Of a stretch of 52,005 nucleotides of DNA, positions 1 through 8,599 are shown piece after piece. A program made the position numbers and the translations under genes. This stretch comes from an uncultured Clostridia bacterium (GTDB lineage Bacteria; Bacillota; Clostridia; TANB77; CAG-508). Position 1 is the first letter of the stretch. Every line of letters begins with the position of its first letter. The stretch is from positions 1 through 52,005 of the forward strand of contig CALXZT010000003.1 of NCBI GenBank assembly GCA_944393315.1, given 5' to 3'. The notes below the pieces were generated by a model that ran no database searches, was not told the DNA's origin, and worked only from the letters and a program-made list of their open reading frames with translations.

Positions 1-297
1 GCCGATATAAAATTCAAATCCAACTTAGCTAATCCCAGTATTTTCACTCAAGGCAGGCTACACTATGTATATCGTGTCTTGGCACTCACCATAGGTTTTA
101 CTTAAAGATTACTTTAAGCCTCCGCGAGATACGGAATCACATATATGCCATTATATATTATCCGGATCTCTTTACTTCCTGAAAACACGCGAAACTGGCA
201 TTTCACGCATAAACAAGAAACTTCAACGATGTGCCCTTTAGTGGATTTTTAGCCCCACCTTCATAATAGTAAGTATGACTAGAATAATGTACCATCG
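1..297 (-). ncRNA. ole: Probable OLE (ornate large extremophilic) RNA, 5' part; continues beyond the left edge of the window
   Basis: No ORF here and GC is higher than the flanks. The - strand carries, in order, segments I recall from Firmicutes OLE RNAs: TTCTAGTCA, GAAGGTGGGGCTAAAAATCC, AAAGGGGCACATCGTTGAAGTT, AATGGCAT, CGCGGAGGC, GTGTAGCCTGCCTTGAGTG. Recognised from memory, not by covariance model. Confidence 0.72.
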
Positions 298-303
298 ATA
301 TTA

Positions 304-332
304 AGTATAGCAAATTTATCTTAGTTTGTAAA
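304..332 (-). promoter_or_regulatory. SigA-type promoter for the ncRNA
   Basis: TTTACA (332-327), 17 nt, TATACT (309-304), with extended -10 TG; predicted start near 297. Confidence 0.6.
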
Positions 333-341
333 TGTCAATTT

Positions 342-1013
342 TTATATGTATTTTTTTATTTCTTGGTAAATTTCCTCATGAATATCATCTATACTTCTAA
401 TTTTATCATCTTTTATACATTTTACTTCATGCCAGTCATATTTATTGACTAAATTACATGCTGCATTATATGCGTCTATTAAATGTTGTTTATTGCTCTC
501 ATGTATATCTTTTTTATCATTGTGTGTAAATTTGTTCTCTCTTTTTTCCATTAGTTTTACAGCATATTCTGTTGGCATATTTAAAAAGAATGCTTTTGTT
601 GGAACTGGCAAACCATATAGATTGAATTCAAAATCCCATAACCAATCTAAGAATTTTTCTCTTTCTACTTTGTCTTTTATTTTTCCAGCCTGATGCACCA
701 TATTAGCTGTTGTATATCTATCTGCTAATATTATTCCGCCTTCTTCATAAAATTTTTTGTACCCTGTTTGAAATGTTGCATATCTATCTGCTGCAAAAAA
801 AGTTGATGCAATATATGGGCTTACTTCTTGTGCATTTTCTCCAAATTCCCCTCTTAAATACATTTTTACTAAAGATGAACTTTCACTATCATAGTTTGGG
901 AAACTTACTACTTTAAAGTTAATTTTTTCTGCCTCTAATCTTTTACTTAGTTTCTCGAATTGTGTTTGTTTTCCGCTTCCATCTGTTCCATCAATTACAA
1001 ATAATTTTCCCAT
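342..1013 (-). CDS. tmk: Thymidylate kinase
   Basis: N-terminal IDGTDGSGKQTQ P-loop; FAADR and ADRY motifs. Confidence 0.9.
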   Translation of the reverse strand: MGKLFVIDGTDGSGKQTQFEKLSKRLEAEKINFKVVSFPNYDSESSSLVKMYLRGEFGENAQEVSPYIASTFFAADRYATFQTGYKKFYEEGGIILADRYTTANMVHQAGKIKDKVEREKFLDWLWDFEFNLYGLPVPTKAFFLNMPTEYAVKLMEKRENKFTHNDKKDIHESNKQHLIDAYNAACNLVNKYDWHEVKCIKDDKIRSIDDIHEEIYQEIKKYI

Positions 1014-1043
1014 TTTATGCTTCCTTTCTTATCTTATATTTTT

Positions 1044-1083
1044 AAAAAAGAACTAGATTACTGGTTAAGAAGAAATCTAGTTC
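1044..1083 (-). terminator. Intrinsic terminator-like hairpin upstream of tmk
   Basis: GAACTAGATT / AATCTAGTTC 10-bp stem followed by T6 on the - strand. Confidence 0.55.
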
Positions 1084-1123
1084 AATAAACAAAAAATATT
1101 ATAAATATATGATTTATACTGTT

Positions 1124-1152
1124 ATAATACATAAAAGGTTTAAAATTGTCAA
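1124..1152 (-). promoter_or_regulatory. SigA-type promoter
   Basis: TTGACA-17-TATTAT on the - strand. Confidence 0.55.
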
Positions 1153-1172
1153 TCTTTTTAGTAAATTTTTTA

Positions 1173-2699
1173 TTATTTTTTTACTTGTTTTAAGTCTTCT
1201 ATGTTTACAAGTTCTAACCCTTTGTTTGCAGGGTTAGAAATGTTGTTTCCCATGTAATCAAATCTTGAACCATGACATGGGCAATCCCAAGTTTTGTCTA
1301 AATTATTCCATGTAAGGGTACATCCAAGGTGACTACATACTGGCTTTACAGAAAATATATTTCCTGAAGTATCTTTATATATTCCCACATTTGTTCCATT
1401 TATATTTATTATTGCCGCATTATCATTTTGTATTTGTTCTATACTTCCTATAGGAATTTCTGATTTTTCAAGTGCAAATGATAGAACAGTTTGTTTTAAC
1501 ATGTTTTGCATTTCCCATCTATTTTTTATTGGCTTAAGTCTTTTACTATTAAATATGTTTGCATATTTATTTGTTTTTCCCAATATTTTATCTACTACTA
1601 TATTTGCAGCCACATTTGAACTTGTTATTCCCCATTTTTTAAATCCTGTTCCTACATATACATTTGGCATAATGCTTGAAAATTCACCTATATATGGTAT
1701 TTTATCAAGTCCTATACAATCTTCTGTATTCCACCTAAATAGTATTTCTGATTGTGGATATAATTCTTTTACTTTTTTTTCTAATATGGCATAATTATTA
1801 TCATTTTCTATTGTTTCACCTGTTTTATGATCTGCTCCTACAACTACTAATACTTTTTTACCATTATGTGTAGCTGTTCTAAATGAATAAATTGGAGGCT
1901 CAACATTTATATACATTCCCTCAAATAAATCAGTTTTAGTATCCACAGCTAGTCCATAAGATGTGGATTGATACATTTTCAAAAAATAAAATCCTGGTGC
2001 ACTTATAAATGGGTAGTGTGTTGCCATTACAACTTTTTTTGCTTTAATGTTTGCATCCTTGGTTATTAATACATATTCTTTGCCATTTTTTGCTATGTCT
2101 TGTACTCTTGTGTCTGTATATATTTTTCCATCTTGATTTATTATTTTATTTGCTAGTCCTAACATATATTTCCTTGCGTCAAATTGTGCTTGTTTTGGTC
2201 TTTTTATTGCTGCTTGCACTGTAAATGGTAATTCTGTTTTTGTTACTAATTCCGCTTCTCCCCCTAGTTTTTTTACTGCTTTTACCTCATTTTTTATTTT
2301 TTCTACTTCGTCTTGTTTTATTGCATAAACATAGTTGTCTTGCCAACTGAAATCACATTCTATATTGTTTTCATCTATTATATTTTTAATGTTAGTAATT
2401 GCCTTTTCGTTTGCTTCTAAATATTTCTGAGCAAATTTTTCTCCATAATCTTGAATTAAATGGTCATAAAATATTCCATGCTGACTTGTTATTTTTCCTG
2501 TTGTGTTTCCACTTGCTTTTATTCCAATTTCCTTTTCTGCTTCTACTACCACTACTTTTATATTGTTTTTTGATAAGTAGTATGATGTTGTTAGTCCAAA
2601 TAGCCCAGCTCCTATTACACATACTTCTGTTTCAATATCTTTTTCTAATTTTGGAAATTTCGTGCTATTTTTTGTGTTTTCTATCCAAAGTGATTCCAT
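1173..2699 (-). CDS. FAD-dependent oxidoreductase with C-terminal Rieske [2Fe-2S] domain (YhfW-like)
   Basis: VIGAGLFG dinucleotide-binding motif, ASGNTTGK, Rieske CSHLGC...WDCPCHGSRF. Confidence 0.9.
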   Translation of the reverse strand: MESLWIENTKNSTKFPKLEKDIETEVCVIGAGLFGLTTSYYLSKNNIKVVVVEAEKEIGIKASGNTTGKITSQHGIFYDHLIQDYGEKFAQKYLEANEKAITNIKNIIDENNIECDFSWQDNYVYAIKQDEVEKIKNEVKAVKKLGGEAELVTKTELPFTVQAAIKRPKQAQFDARKYMLGLANKIINQDGKIYTDTRVQDIAKNGKEYVLITKDANIKAKKVVMATHYPFISAPGFYFLKMYQSTSYGLAVDTKTDLFEGMYINVEPPIYSFRTATHNGKKVLVVVGADHKTGETIENDNNYAILEKKVKELYPQSEILFRWNTEDCIGLDKIPYIGEFSSIMPNVYVGTGFKKWGITSSNVAANIVVDKILGKTNKYANIFNSKRLKPIKNRWEMQNMLKQTVLSFALEKSEIPIGSIEQIQNDNAAIININGTNVGIYKDTSGNIFSVKPVCSHLGCTLTWNNLDKTWDCPCHGSRFDYMGNNISNPANKGLELVNIEDLKQVKK

Positions 2700-2722
2700 C
2701 TTTTCCCTCCTTAATTAGTATT

Positions 2723-2751
2723 TATTATGGGCGATACTTTGGTTTTTATGC
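2723..2751 (-). promoter_or_regulatory. Forespore SigG/SigF-like promoter for the YhfW-like gene
   Basis: GCATA-17-CATAATA ahead of an AAGGAGG RBS; YhfW is a forespore gene in Bacillus. Confidence 0.45.
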
Positions 2752-2754
2752 ATT

Positions 2755-2788
2755 AAAAATCCTTGCTTTTATTTAACAAGGATTTTTT
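2755..2788. terminator. Intrinsic terminator after the nagZ-like gene
   Basis: AAAAATCCTTG / CAAGGATTTTT inverted repeat. Confidence 0.6.
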
Positions 2789-2798
2789 AGTTTATATT

Positions 2799-3891
2799 TT
2801 ATTCAATATCACATTTTTTTCTTATTTCCTGTATTCTATTATTTATTTCTTCTATATTTATTCCTTCTATTTCAAGACTATCTGAAAAATTATATTTTTC
2901 TTTTAGATTTATAATTCTTCTTGTGCTTTTATTAATTCTACTTTCTTTTATTTTACCGTTTTTTACTAAATTTATTATTTTTTCTATTACTCTTTTTTCT
3001 TCTTCTTTATTAAATCTGAATACTATTATATCATTTCCTGCTTCAAATGCTTTTTTTACTGCTCTATATTCTCCATATATCATTTTTATTGCTTTCATTT
3101 TTAGATCATCTGTTATTACTACTCCATTATATCTATACTTTTTTCTTAAATATTTATAAATAAATTTTCTTGAAAGTGACGCAGGGTAAATTCCTGTTAC
3201 ATTTTTAATTAATAAATGACCTACTAATATTGCATCTGCTCCACTCTTTATTGCTTCTTCAAATGGATACATATCATCTTTTTCTAGTTTTTCCATTTTA
3301 TTTGTTATTATTGGTAAAAAAGTGTGTGAATCTTGCTTTGTTGCTCCATGTCCAGGAAAGTGCTTGATTACTGATACTATTCCTTGCTTTTGTAGTTTTT
3401 TCATAACTTCTATGCCATATCTAGTTACATCTTCTTTGTTTTCCCCATAACATCTATCACCTAATGCATGAGCATCTTCAAATCTTTTTATATCTAGTAC
3501 TGGAGCAAAATTCAAATTAAATCCTGATTTTTTTAATAACTCTCCTGTTATTTCAGCTGATTTTATTATGTACTCTTTTCCTCCGCTTTCTTGCAATTTT
3601 GTTTGCTGATGGCAAATTTTTTATTTCTGGTGGCATTCTGTTTACTCTTCCACCTTCTTGGTCGATTGCTATAAAAAGTGGAAATTTATTTCCTTGATTT
3701 ATTTTCTTTAGTTCTTTAATTAACTCTATCATGTTTTGATATGTGGCAAAGTTTTTTCTATATAATATTATTCCACCTATTTTGTACTTTTTTATCATCG
3801 TTTTTACTCTGTCTGTTACATAGTTTGTATCCATCCCTATTATAATCATTTGCCCTACTTTTTCTTCTACTGTTAATTCTTCTATTCTCAT
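2799..3891 (-). CDS. nagZ: GH3 beta-N-acetylhexosaminidase (NagZ-like), split over two frames by a +1 shift at about 3585; about 363 aa if joined
   Basis: The upstream ORF (3553..3891) has EEKVGQM...IDQEGGRVNR. The downstream ORF (2799..3596) has NFAPVLD, KHFPGHG...DSH and ITDDL, so all catalytic motifs are intact. Junction ATT GCA AGA AAG C GGA GGA AAA. Intact AGGAG RBS and TTGAAT-17-TATAAT promoter. Confidence 0.85.
3582..3588 (-). other. Candidate +1 frameshift site AAG-CGG-A in nagZ
   Basis: In-frame AAG (3588) then CGG (3585); skipping one base puts GGA (3584) in the frame of the catalytic half. Confidence 0.6.
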
Positions 3892-4025
3892 ATTTCTCCT
3901 TTCTAGCTTATTACTTAAGAGAAATTATTTTTCTGAATTTATTATAACATTCTTATTTTTGCTATTCAATATTTTTTGTTGGCTTTTACATCTTTTGCTA
4001 ATGTGAGAAATATTTTAAAATTTTA

Positions 4026-4054
4026 TTGACTTTTCTATTTTAGTATGTTATTAT
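4026..4054 (+). promoter_or_regulatory. SigA promoter of the tRNA
   Basis: TTGACT-17-TATTAT with extended -10 TG. Confidence 0.6.
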
Positions 4055-4073
4055 ATTAAATGTTCCAATAAAT

Positions 4074-4150
<77 letters not shown>

Positions 4151-4157
4151 AAGAATT

Positions 4158-4197
4158 AATACTGCAGGATTACAAAGATTTGCAATCTTGCAGTATT
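4158..4197. terminator. Bidirectional terminator between the tRNA and apeA
   Basis: AATACTGCAGGATT / AATCTTGCAGTATT stem between convergent genes. Confidence 0.7.
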
Positions 4198-4202
4198 TTA
4201 TT

Positions 4203-5600
4203 TTATCTTTCCCAAAAAGCTTTATAAGTTTTAAATGCAGAATAAATATCATATTTACTTGTAACTTCATAAGGTGCATGCATCGAAAGTACTGGAACAC
4301 CACAGTCTATAACATCGACTCCTTTATTAGCTAGAATATATGCAATGGTTCCACCACCACCTACGTCAACTTTTCCTAGTTCGCAAACTTGATATTTGAT
4401 TTCATTTTCTTCTAGTAAATTTCGTATCCATGCTACATATTCAGCATTTGCATCTGATGCACCTGATTTTCCACGAGCTCCTGTGTATTTATTTAGTGAT
4501 ATTCCCTTTCCTAAGAAACCTGCGTTATTTTTGTCTGATACAGATGCATATATTGGGTCAAATCCTGCATCAACATCTGATGAAAGCATTTTTGAGAAAC
4601 AGAATACTTTGTCTAATAAGTTAGGTCTATTTTCTCCTGTTTTATTTAGTAATTCAGATATGAAGTAATCAAACATATGTGATTCCATTCCTGTATTTCC
4701 CATACTTCCTATTTCTTCTTTGTCTGATAAAATACATACAGCCGTATTTTTTATATTTGATAATTCCATCATCGCCATAAGTGATGTATATGCACATACT
4801 CTATCATCTTGACCATAACTTGCAACCATGCTACTGTCAAAGCCTAAGCTTCTCGCTTTAAAACTTGGAACTAATTCTATTTCGCTGCTTAAGAAGTCTT
4901 TTTCAGTTACTCCATATTTTTGATTTAAAATATTCATAATATTTAGCTTTACTGAGTCAGCATCTTTTGCTCCTTCTAGTGGAATGCTTCCTATTAAAAG
5001 ATTTAAATCTTCTCCATCAATTCCATTTTTTAATTTTTTTTCCATTTGGTCTTGTGCTAAATGTGGTAGCAAATCTGTTATAGTAAAGATTGGATCATTT
5101 TCATCTTCGCCAATGTTTAAATATACTTTTTCTCCATTAGCTTTTACCATTACTCCATGTATACTTATAGGAATTGTAGTCCATTGATATTTTTTTATTC
5201 CACCATAATAGTGTGTTTTAAAATAAGCAAATCCTCCATCTTCATATAGTGGATTTGGCTTTAAATCTAACCTTGGAGAGTCAACATGTGAACCTATTAT
5301 ATGAATTCCATTTTCCATTTTTTCAGTTCCAATTACAGCTAAATACATGCTCTTCTCTCTATTTATAAAGTAAACTTTATCTCCTGGTGCTATCTGTGTA
5401 AAGTTAGATAAATCTTTAAATCCATTAGATTCTGCTATTTTTTTAGCAGTTGCTATTGCCTCTCTTTCTGTTTTTGCATGATTTAGGAAATTTATATATC
5501 TGTTGCAAAAGGAAAATATTGCTTCTTTTTCTCTTGTATCTATATTCTTCCATCCATTTTCTTTTTTATTAAAAAGTCTATCTTTTAAACCTTCTTCCAT
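4203..5600 (-). CDS. apeA: M18 family aminopeptidase
   Basis: GSHVDSPRLDLKPNP, HYYGGIKKYQW, GQDDR, DKEEIGS, SMHAPYE; start moved to ATG 5600 behind a GAGGAGG RBS. Confidence 0.9.
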   Translation of the reverse strand: MEEGLKDRLFNKKENGWKNIDTREKEAIFSFCNRYINFLNHAKTEREAIATAKKIAESNGFKDLSNFTQIAPGDKVYFINREKSMYLAVIGTEKMENGIHIIGSHVDSPRLDLKPNPLYEDGGFAYFKTHYYGGIKKYQWTTIPISIHGVMVKANGEKVYLNIGEDENDPIFTITDLLPHLAQDQMEKKLKNGIDGEDLNLLIGSIPLEGAKDADSVKLNIMNILNQKYGVTEKDFLSSEIELVPSFKARSLGFDSSMVASYGQDDRVCAYTSLMAMMELSNIKNTAVCILSDKEEIGSMGNTGMESHMFDYFISELLNKTGENRPNLLDKVFCFSKMLSSDVDAGFDPIYASVSDKNNAGFLGKGISLNKYTGARGKSGASDANAEYVAWIRNLLEENEIKYQVCELGKVDVGGGGTIAYILANKGVDVIDCGVPVLSMHAPYEVTSKYDIYSAFKTYKAFWER

Positions 5601-5619
5601 TGTATTCGCCTCCTCTGTT

Positions 5620-6552
5620 TTATGCTTTGTTACTTGAACCAAATACATCTATCATTTTGTGTTTTACAGTTTCTTTTATTAATTCACGAGCAGGTGTTAA
5701 GTATTTTCTTGGATCAAATGCACTTGGGTCATCATGAAATACTTTTCTTATTCCTGCTGTCATTGCAAGTCTAAGATCTGTGTCCACATTTATTTTTGAA
5801 ACTCCTGAAATACTTGCTTCATGTAACATTTCGTCTGGAACTCCTTTTGCTCCCGGAATGTTTCCACCATATTGGTTACACATTTCTACAAGTTCTGGTA
5901 TTACTGTTGAAGCTCCATGTAATACTATTGGTGTATCTGGAATACGTCCTTTTATTTCTTTTAAAATGTCAAATCTTAATTTTGCCTCTCCTTTAAATTT
6001 ATAAGCTCCATGACTTGTTCCTATTGCTATTGCTAATGAGTCACAACCTGTTCTTCTTACAAATTCTTCTGCTTGGCTTGGGTCTGTATACATTGCATCT
6101 GCTGCTGAGACATTAACATCATCTTCAATTCCTGCAAGTTTTCCAAGCTCTGCTTCAACTACTACTCCTTTTGAATGAGCATAGTCTACTACTTGTTTTG
6201 TTATTGCTACATTTTCTTCAAAATCGTATTTTGAACCATCTATCATTACTGATGTAAATCCTGCATCTATACACATTCTGCAGGTCTCAAAGTCTGGCCC
6301 ATGATCTAAATGCATTGCTACTGGGATGCTTGGATATTCCTCTAATGCTGCTTCTACCATTTTCATTAAATAATTTATTCTTGCATATTTTATTGCACTT
6401 GATGATGCTTGTAATATTACTGGTGAGTTTGCATCATGTGCTGCATCTACTATTGCTTGAATTATCTCCATGTTGTTTACATTAAATGCTCCTACAGCAA
6501 ATCCTTCTTTCATTGATTTTTTAAACATTTCTGTTGTTGTTACTAGTGGCAT
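5620..6552 (-). CDS. fba: Class II fructose-1,6-bisphosphate aldolase
   Basis: AFNVNN, HLDHG, SVMIDGS, EAELG, GTSHGAYK, VLHGAS, KINVDTD, FDPRKYL. Confidence 0.95.
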   Translation of the reverse strand: MPLVTTTEMFKKSMKEGFAVGAFNVNNMEIIQAIVDAAHDANSPVILQASSSAIKYARINYLMKMVEAALEEYPSIPVAMHLDHGPDFETCRMCIDAGFTSVMIDGSKYDFEENVAITKQVVDYAHSKGVVVEAELGKLAGIEDDVNVSAADAMYTDPSQAEEFVRRTGCDSLAIAIGTSHGAYKFKGEAKLRFDILKEIKGRIPDTPIVLHGASTVIPELVEMCNQYGGNIPGAKGVPDEMLHEASISGVSKINVDTDLRLAMTAGIRKVFHDDPSAFDPRKYLTPARELIKETVKHKMIDVFGSSNKA

Positions 6553-6588
6553 AAAATCACTCCTTTTTTATTTTATTTTTCTTACGCT

Positions 6589-6617
6589 ATTTTATTTCTA
6601 TTTTACTAATATGTCAA
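6589..6617 (-). promoter_or_regulatory. SigA promoter of fba-apeA
   Basis: TTGACA-17-TAAAAT. Confidence 0.55.
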
Positions 6618-6728
6618 TACTATTATTCTCATTGTATATGTATTTAAACATTTACATTTGATTAAAATTAAAACTATATGCATTAATATTTTTCTTATGT
6701 CATTTTTTAAATCGCATTTAGGAATTTC

Positions 6729-6893
6729 CTAAGTGCGATTTTTGTAACTTGCACATTGTGATTCATCTGGCTTACTTGTATTACAATTTTTTACTGGGGT
6801 TACTATTATTGCTTCTAAATCACATTCTTTATGTTCATTATCATTATATTTGCAACTTTCTACTGTGCAATTAATTTTTTGTTTCTTTTCCAT
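6729..6893 (-). CDS. Small Cys-rich DUF1540-like protein (54 aa; not in the ORF track)
   Basis: GAGGT RBS; MEKKQKINCTVESCKYNDNEHKECDLEAIIVTP...SQCASY, the CxVxxCxYN...C...I.V...CxSY pattern; followed by a hairpin at 6709-6742. Confidence 0.8.
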   Translation of the reverse strand: MEKKQKINCTVESCKYNDNEHKECDLEAIIVTPVKNCNTSKPDESQCASYKNRT

Positions 6894-6980
6894 AAGATTA
6901 CCTCTTTCATTTGATTTATTAGCTTTATTGTTTCCTGTTTTTTATTTATTATTCATTTTAGATGTAATCTTATTTCTATG

Positions 6981-8582
6981 CTAACTTACAGCCATTTCTC
7001 GTGTTGTTATGTCCCATTTTCCATTTTTATATCTTAATTCGTATTTAGGCATAACTGCACCAAGTCCACTATGAAATGATTGAAAAGTTATTATAGCTTT
7101 ATTTTCTGTTAATTGTTCAATTTCTATTACTCTTAATAATGCTCCTTCTAGTTCTATAAATGTGTTGTCTCCTTTGTTAAATCCTTGTGATTTTAATTCT
7201 TCAATAGATAAGTTTTTTACTTCTTTATTATATTTTTTGCAGTATTCTAAAAGTTTATTTTGCTCTGCCTCTGTCAATGATAAATACTCTCCTGTATTTT
7301 CTAAAGCTGGTGCTTTTAAACTTTCTACATCTAATGATATGTATTTATCACTTGTATATATTGCATTTTGATTTTGTACTAAATCATCAATTATTGTCTT
7401 ATACATTTCAACAATTTTATCAGATTTTTCTGCTTCTGCATTTTTTTCTAGTTTTGTATTATTTGTTTGAAATTTTGAAATATCATCTATTTTTGCTGCA
7501 AAATATGGTAGTGATTTTCCTTGTTCTTGTAAGAATATTGTAAAGGAGTCATCGACTAGGAATTCTCTGATTTCATCACTTAATAGTATTGCAGAGCTCT
7601 CATTTGCTATCATTCCTGCTTCACTTTTTATTTTCCCTCCAGATTTATCTAGCTCAAATTCTATTGTTTGTATGGCCTTTTCGATGTAGTATTCATTATT
7701 ATTTGAAAATTTGAAAACTTTCTTTTCTATTTCTTCAAATTCTTCTTTTACTTTAAATTGTATGTTAGGAATTTTTAAAATATCTTTTTCACCAAAGCTT
7801 GTATTTCCTTTATATTTTTCTTTTTCTGTAATGATATTTTTATATATATCATAAAAATTATTTTCTTTTGCTCCTTTTACGATAATTACTTCATCATTTT
7901 GTTTTGTAATTAATTTTATTGCAAAATTTTCACTAGAATTATAGTATAATACCTTTACCTGCTCTCCTACTGTTTTATCAGTATTTTCATCTATTCCAAA
8001 ATATTCTACATTATCGTATTTACCAAATGTTCCATTATCTAGCTCAGTAAATTGTTTTTCAAATTCAAATTCTTTTTTAAGCATTGAATATAAGAAATAA
8101 TCGTTTTGGTTACTATTTTTCCATTCAAATTCATCTAAAATATCACTTTCTTCATTGAATTTTTCTTTGATTTCTTTTTCAATTTGTTCTTTTAGTTCTA
8201 TTGTTGGTGTTCCATATACCTTATAATATGAATCTTCTGAAATGTCTTTTGTTGTAAATGTTCCTTTGTTTAGATTTTTAACTACTTCTAATTGAGGCGT
8301 AAACACTATGTCCTGTTTGGCTAAGTCATTTTTTAAGTCATTCCATATCAATTGAAAAGTTCCGCACCAAGCTGTGTCTTGGGTAATTTCTTCATGCAAT
8401 GTTAATACTACATTTGTTCCTTCGCTTTCTTTTAATGGCACTGTATATTTTTTTCCCCATGTGCTAAATATAACAGGTTCATTATTGCTCATTCTTATGT
8501 GGTCAATTATGCATAGTACTCCTAATATCAATATTGCTAAAATTAAAATTCCTACTAATATTTTAATAACTTTTTTCTTCAT
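6981..8582 (-). CDS. Exported or membrane-anchored protein with a divergent serpin-like central domain and an extra C-terminal domain
   Basis: MKKK plus hydrophobic N-terminus; IPNIQFK...IEKAIQTIEFELDKSGGKIKSEAG...EFLVDDSFTIFLQEQGKSLPYFAAKIDD resembles the serpin C-terminal pattern. Confidence 0.55.
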   Translation of the reverse strand: MKKKVIKILVGILILAILILGVLCIIDHIRMSNNEPVIFSTWGKKYTVPLKESEGTNVVLTLHEEITQDTAWCGTFQLIWNDLKNDLAKQDIVFTPQLEVVKNLNKGTFTTKDISEDSYYKVYGTPTIELKEQIEKEIKEKFNEESDILDEFEWKNSNQNDYFLYSMLKKEFEFEKQFTELDNGTFGKYDNVEYFGIDENTDKTVGEQVKVLYYNSSENFAIKLITKQNDEVIIVKGAKENNFYDIYKNIITEKEKYKGNTSFGEKDILKIPNIQFKVKEEFEEIEKKVFKFSNNNEYYIEKAIQTIEFELDKSGGKIKSEAGMIANESSAILLSDEIREFLVDDSFTIFLQEQGKSLPYFAAKIDDISKFQTNNTKLEKNAEAEKSDKIVEMYKTIIDDLVQNQNAIYTSDKYISLDVESLKAPALENTGEYLSLTEAEQNKLLEYCKKYNKEVKNLSIEELKSQGFNKGDNTFIELEGALLRVIEIEQLTENKAIITFQSFHSGLGAVMPKYELRYKNGKWDITTREMAVS

Positions 8583-8599
8583 TTATACCATCCTTTCTT

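Noticed and set aside
5601-5648. Long N-terminal extensions and overlaps in the ORF track (apeA, rbr, AI-2E, 3D protein, HD protein, tilS)
   Set aside because: Downstream ATGs, mostly with clear RBSs, give family-typical N-termini and remove the overlaps
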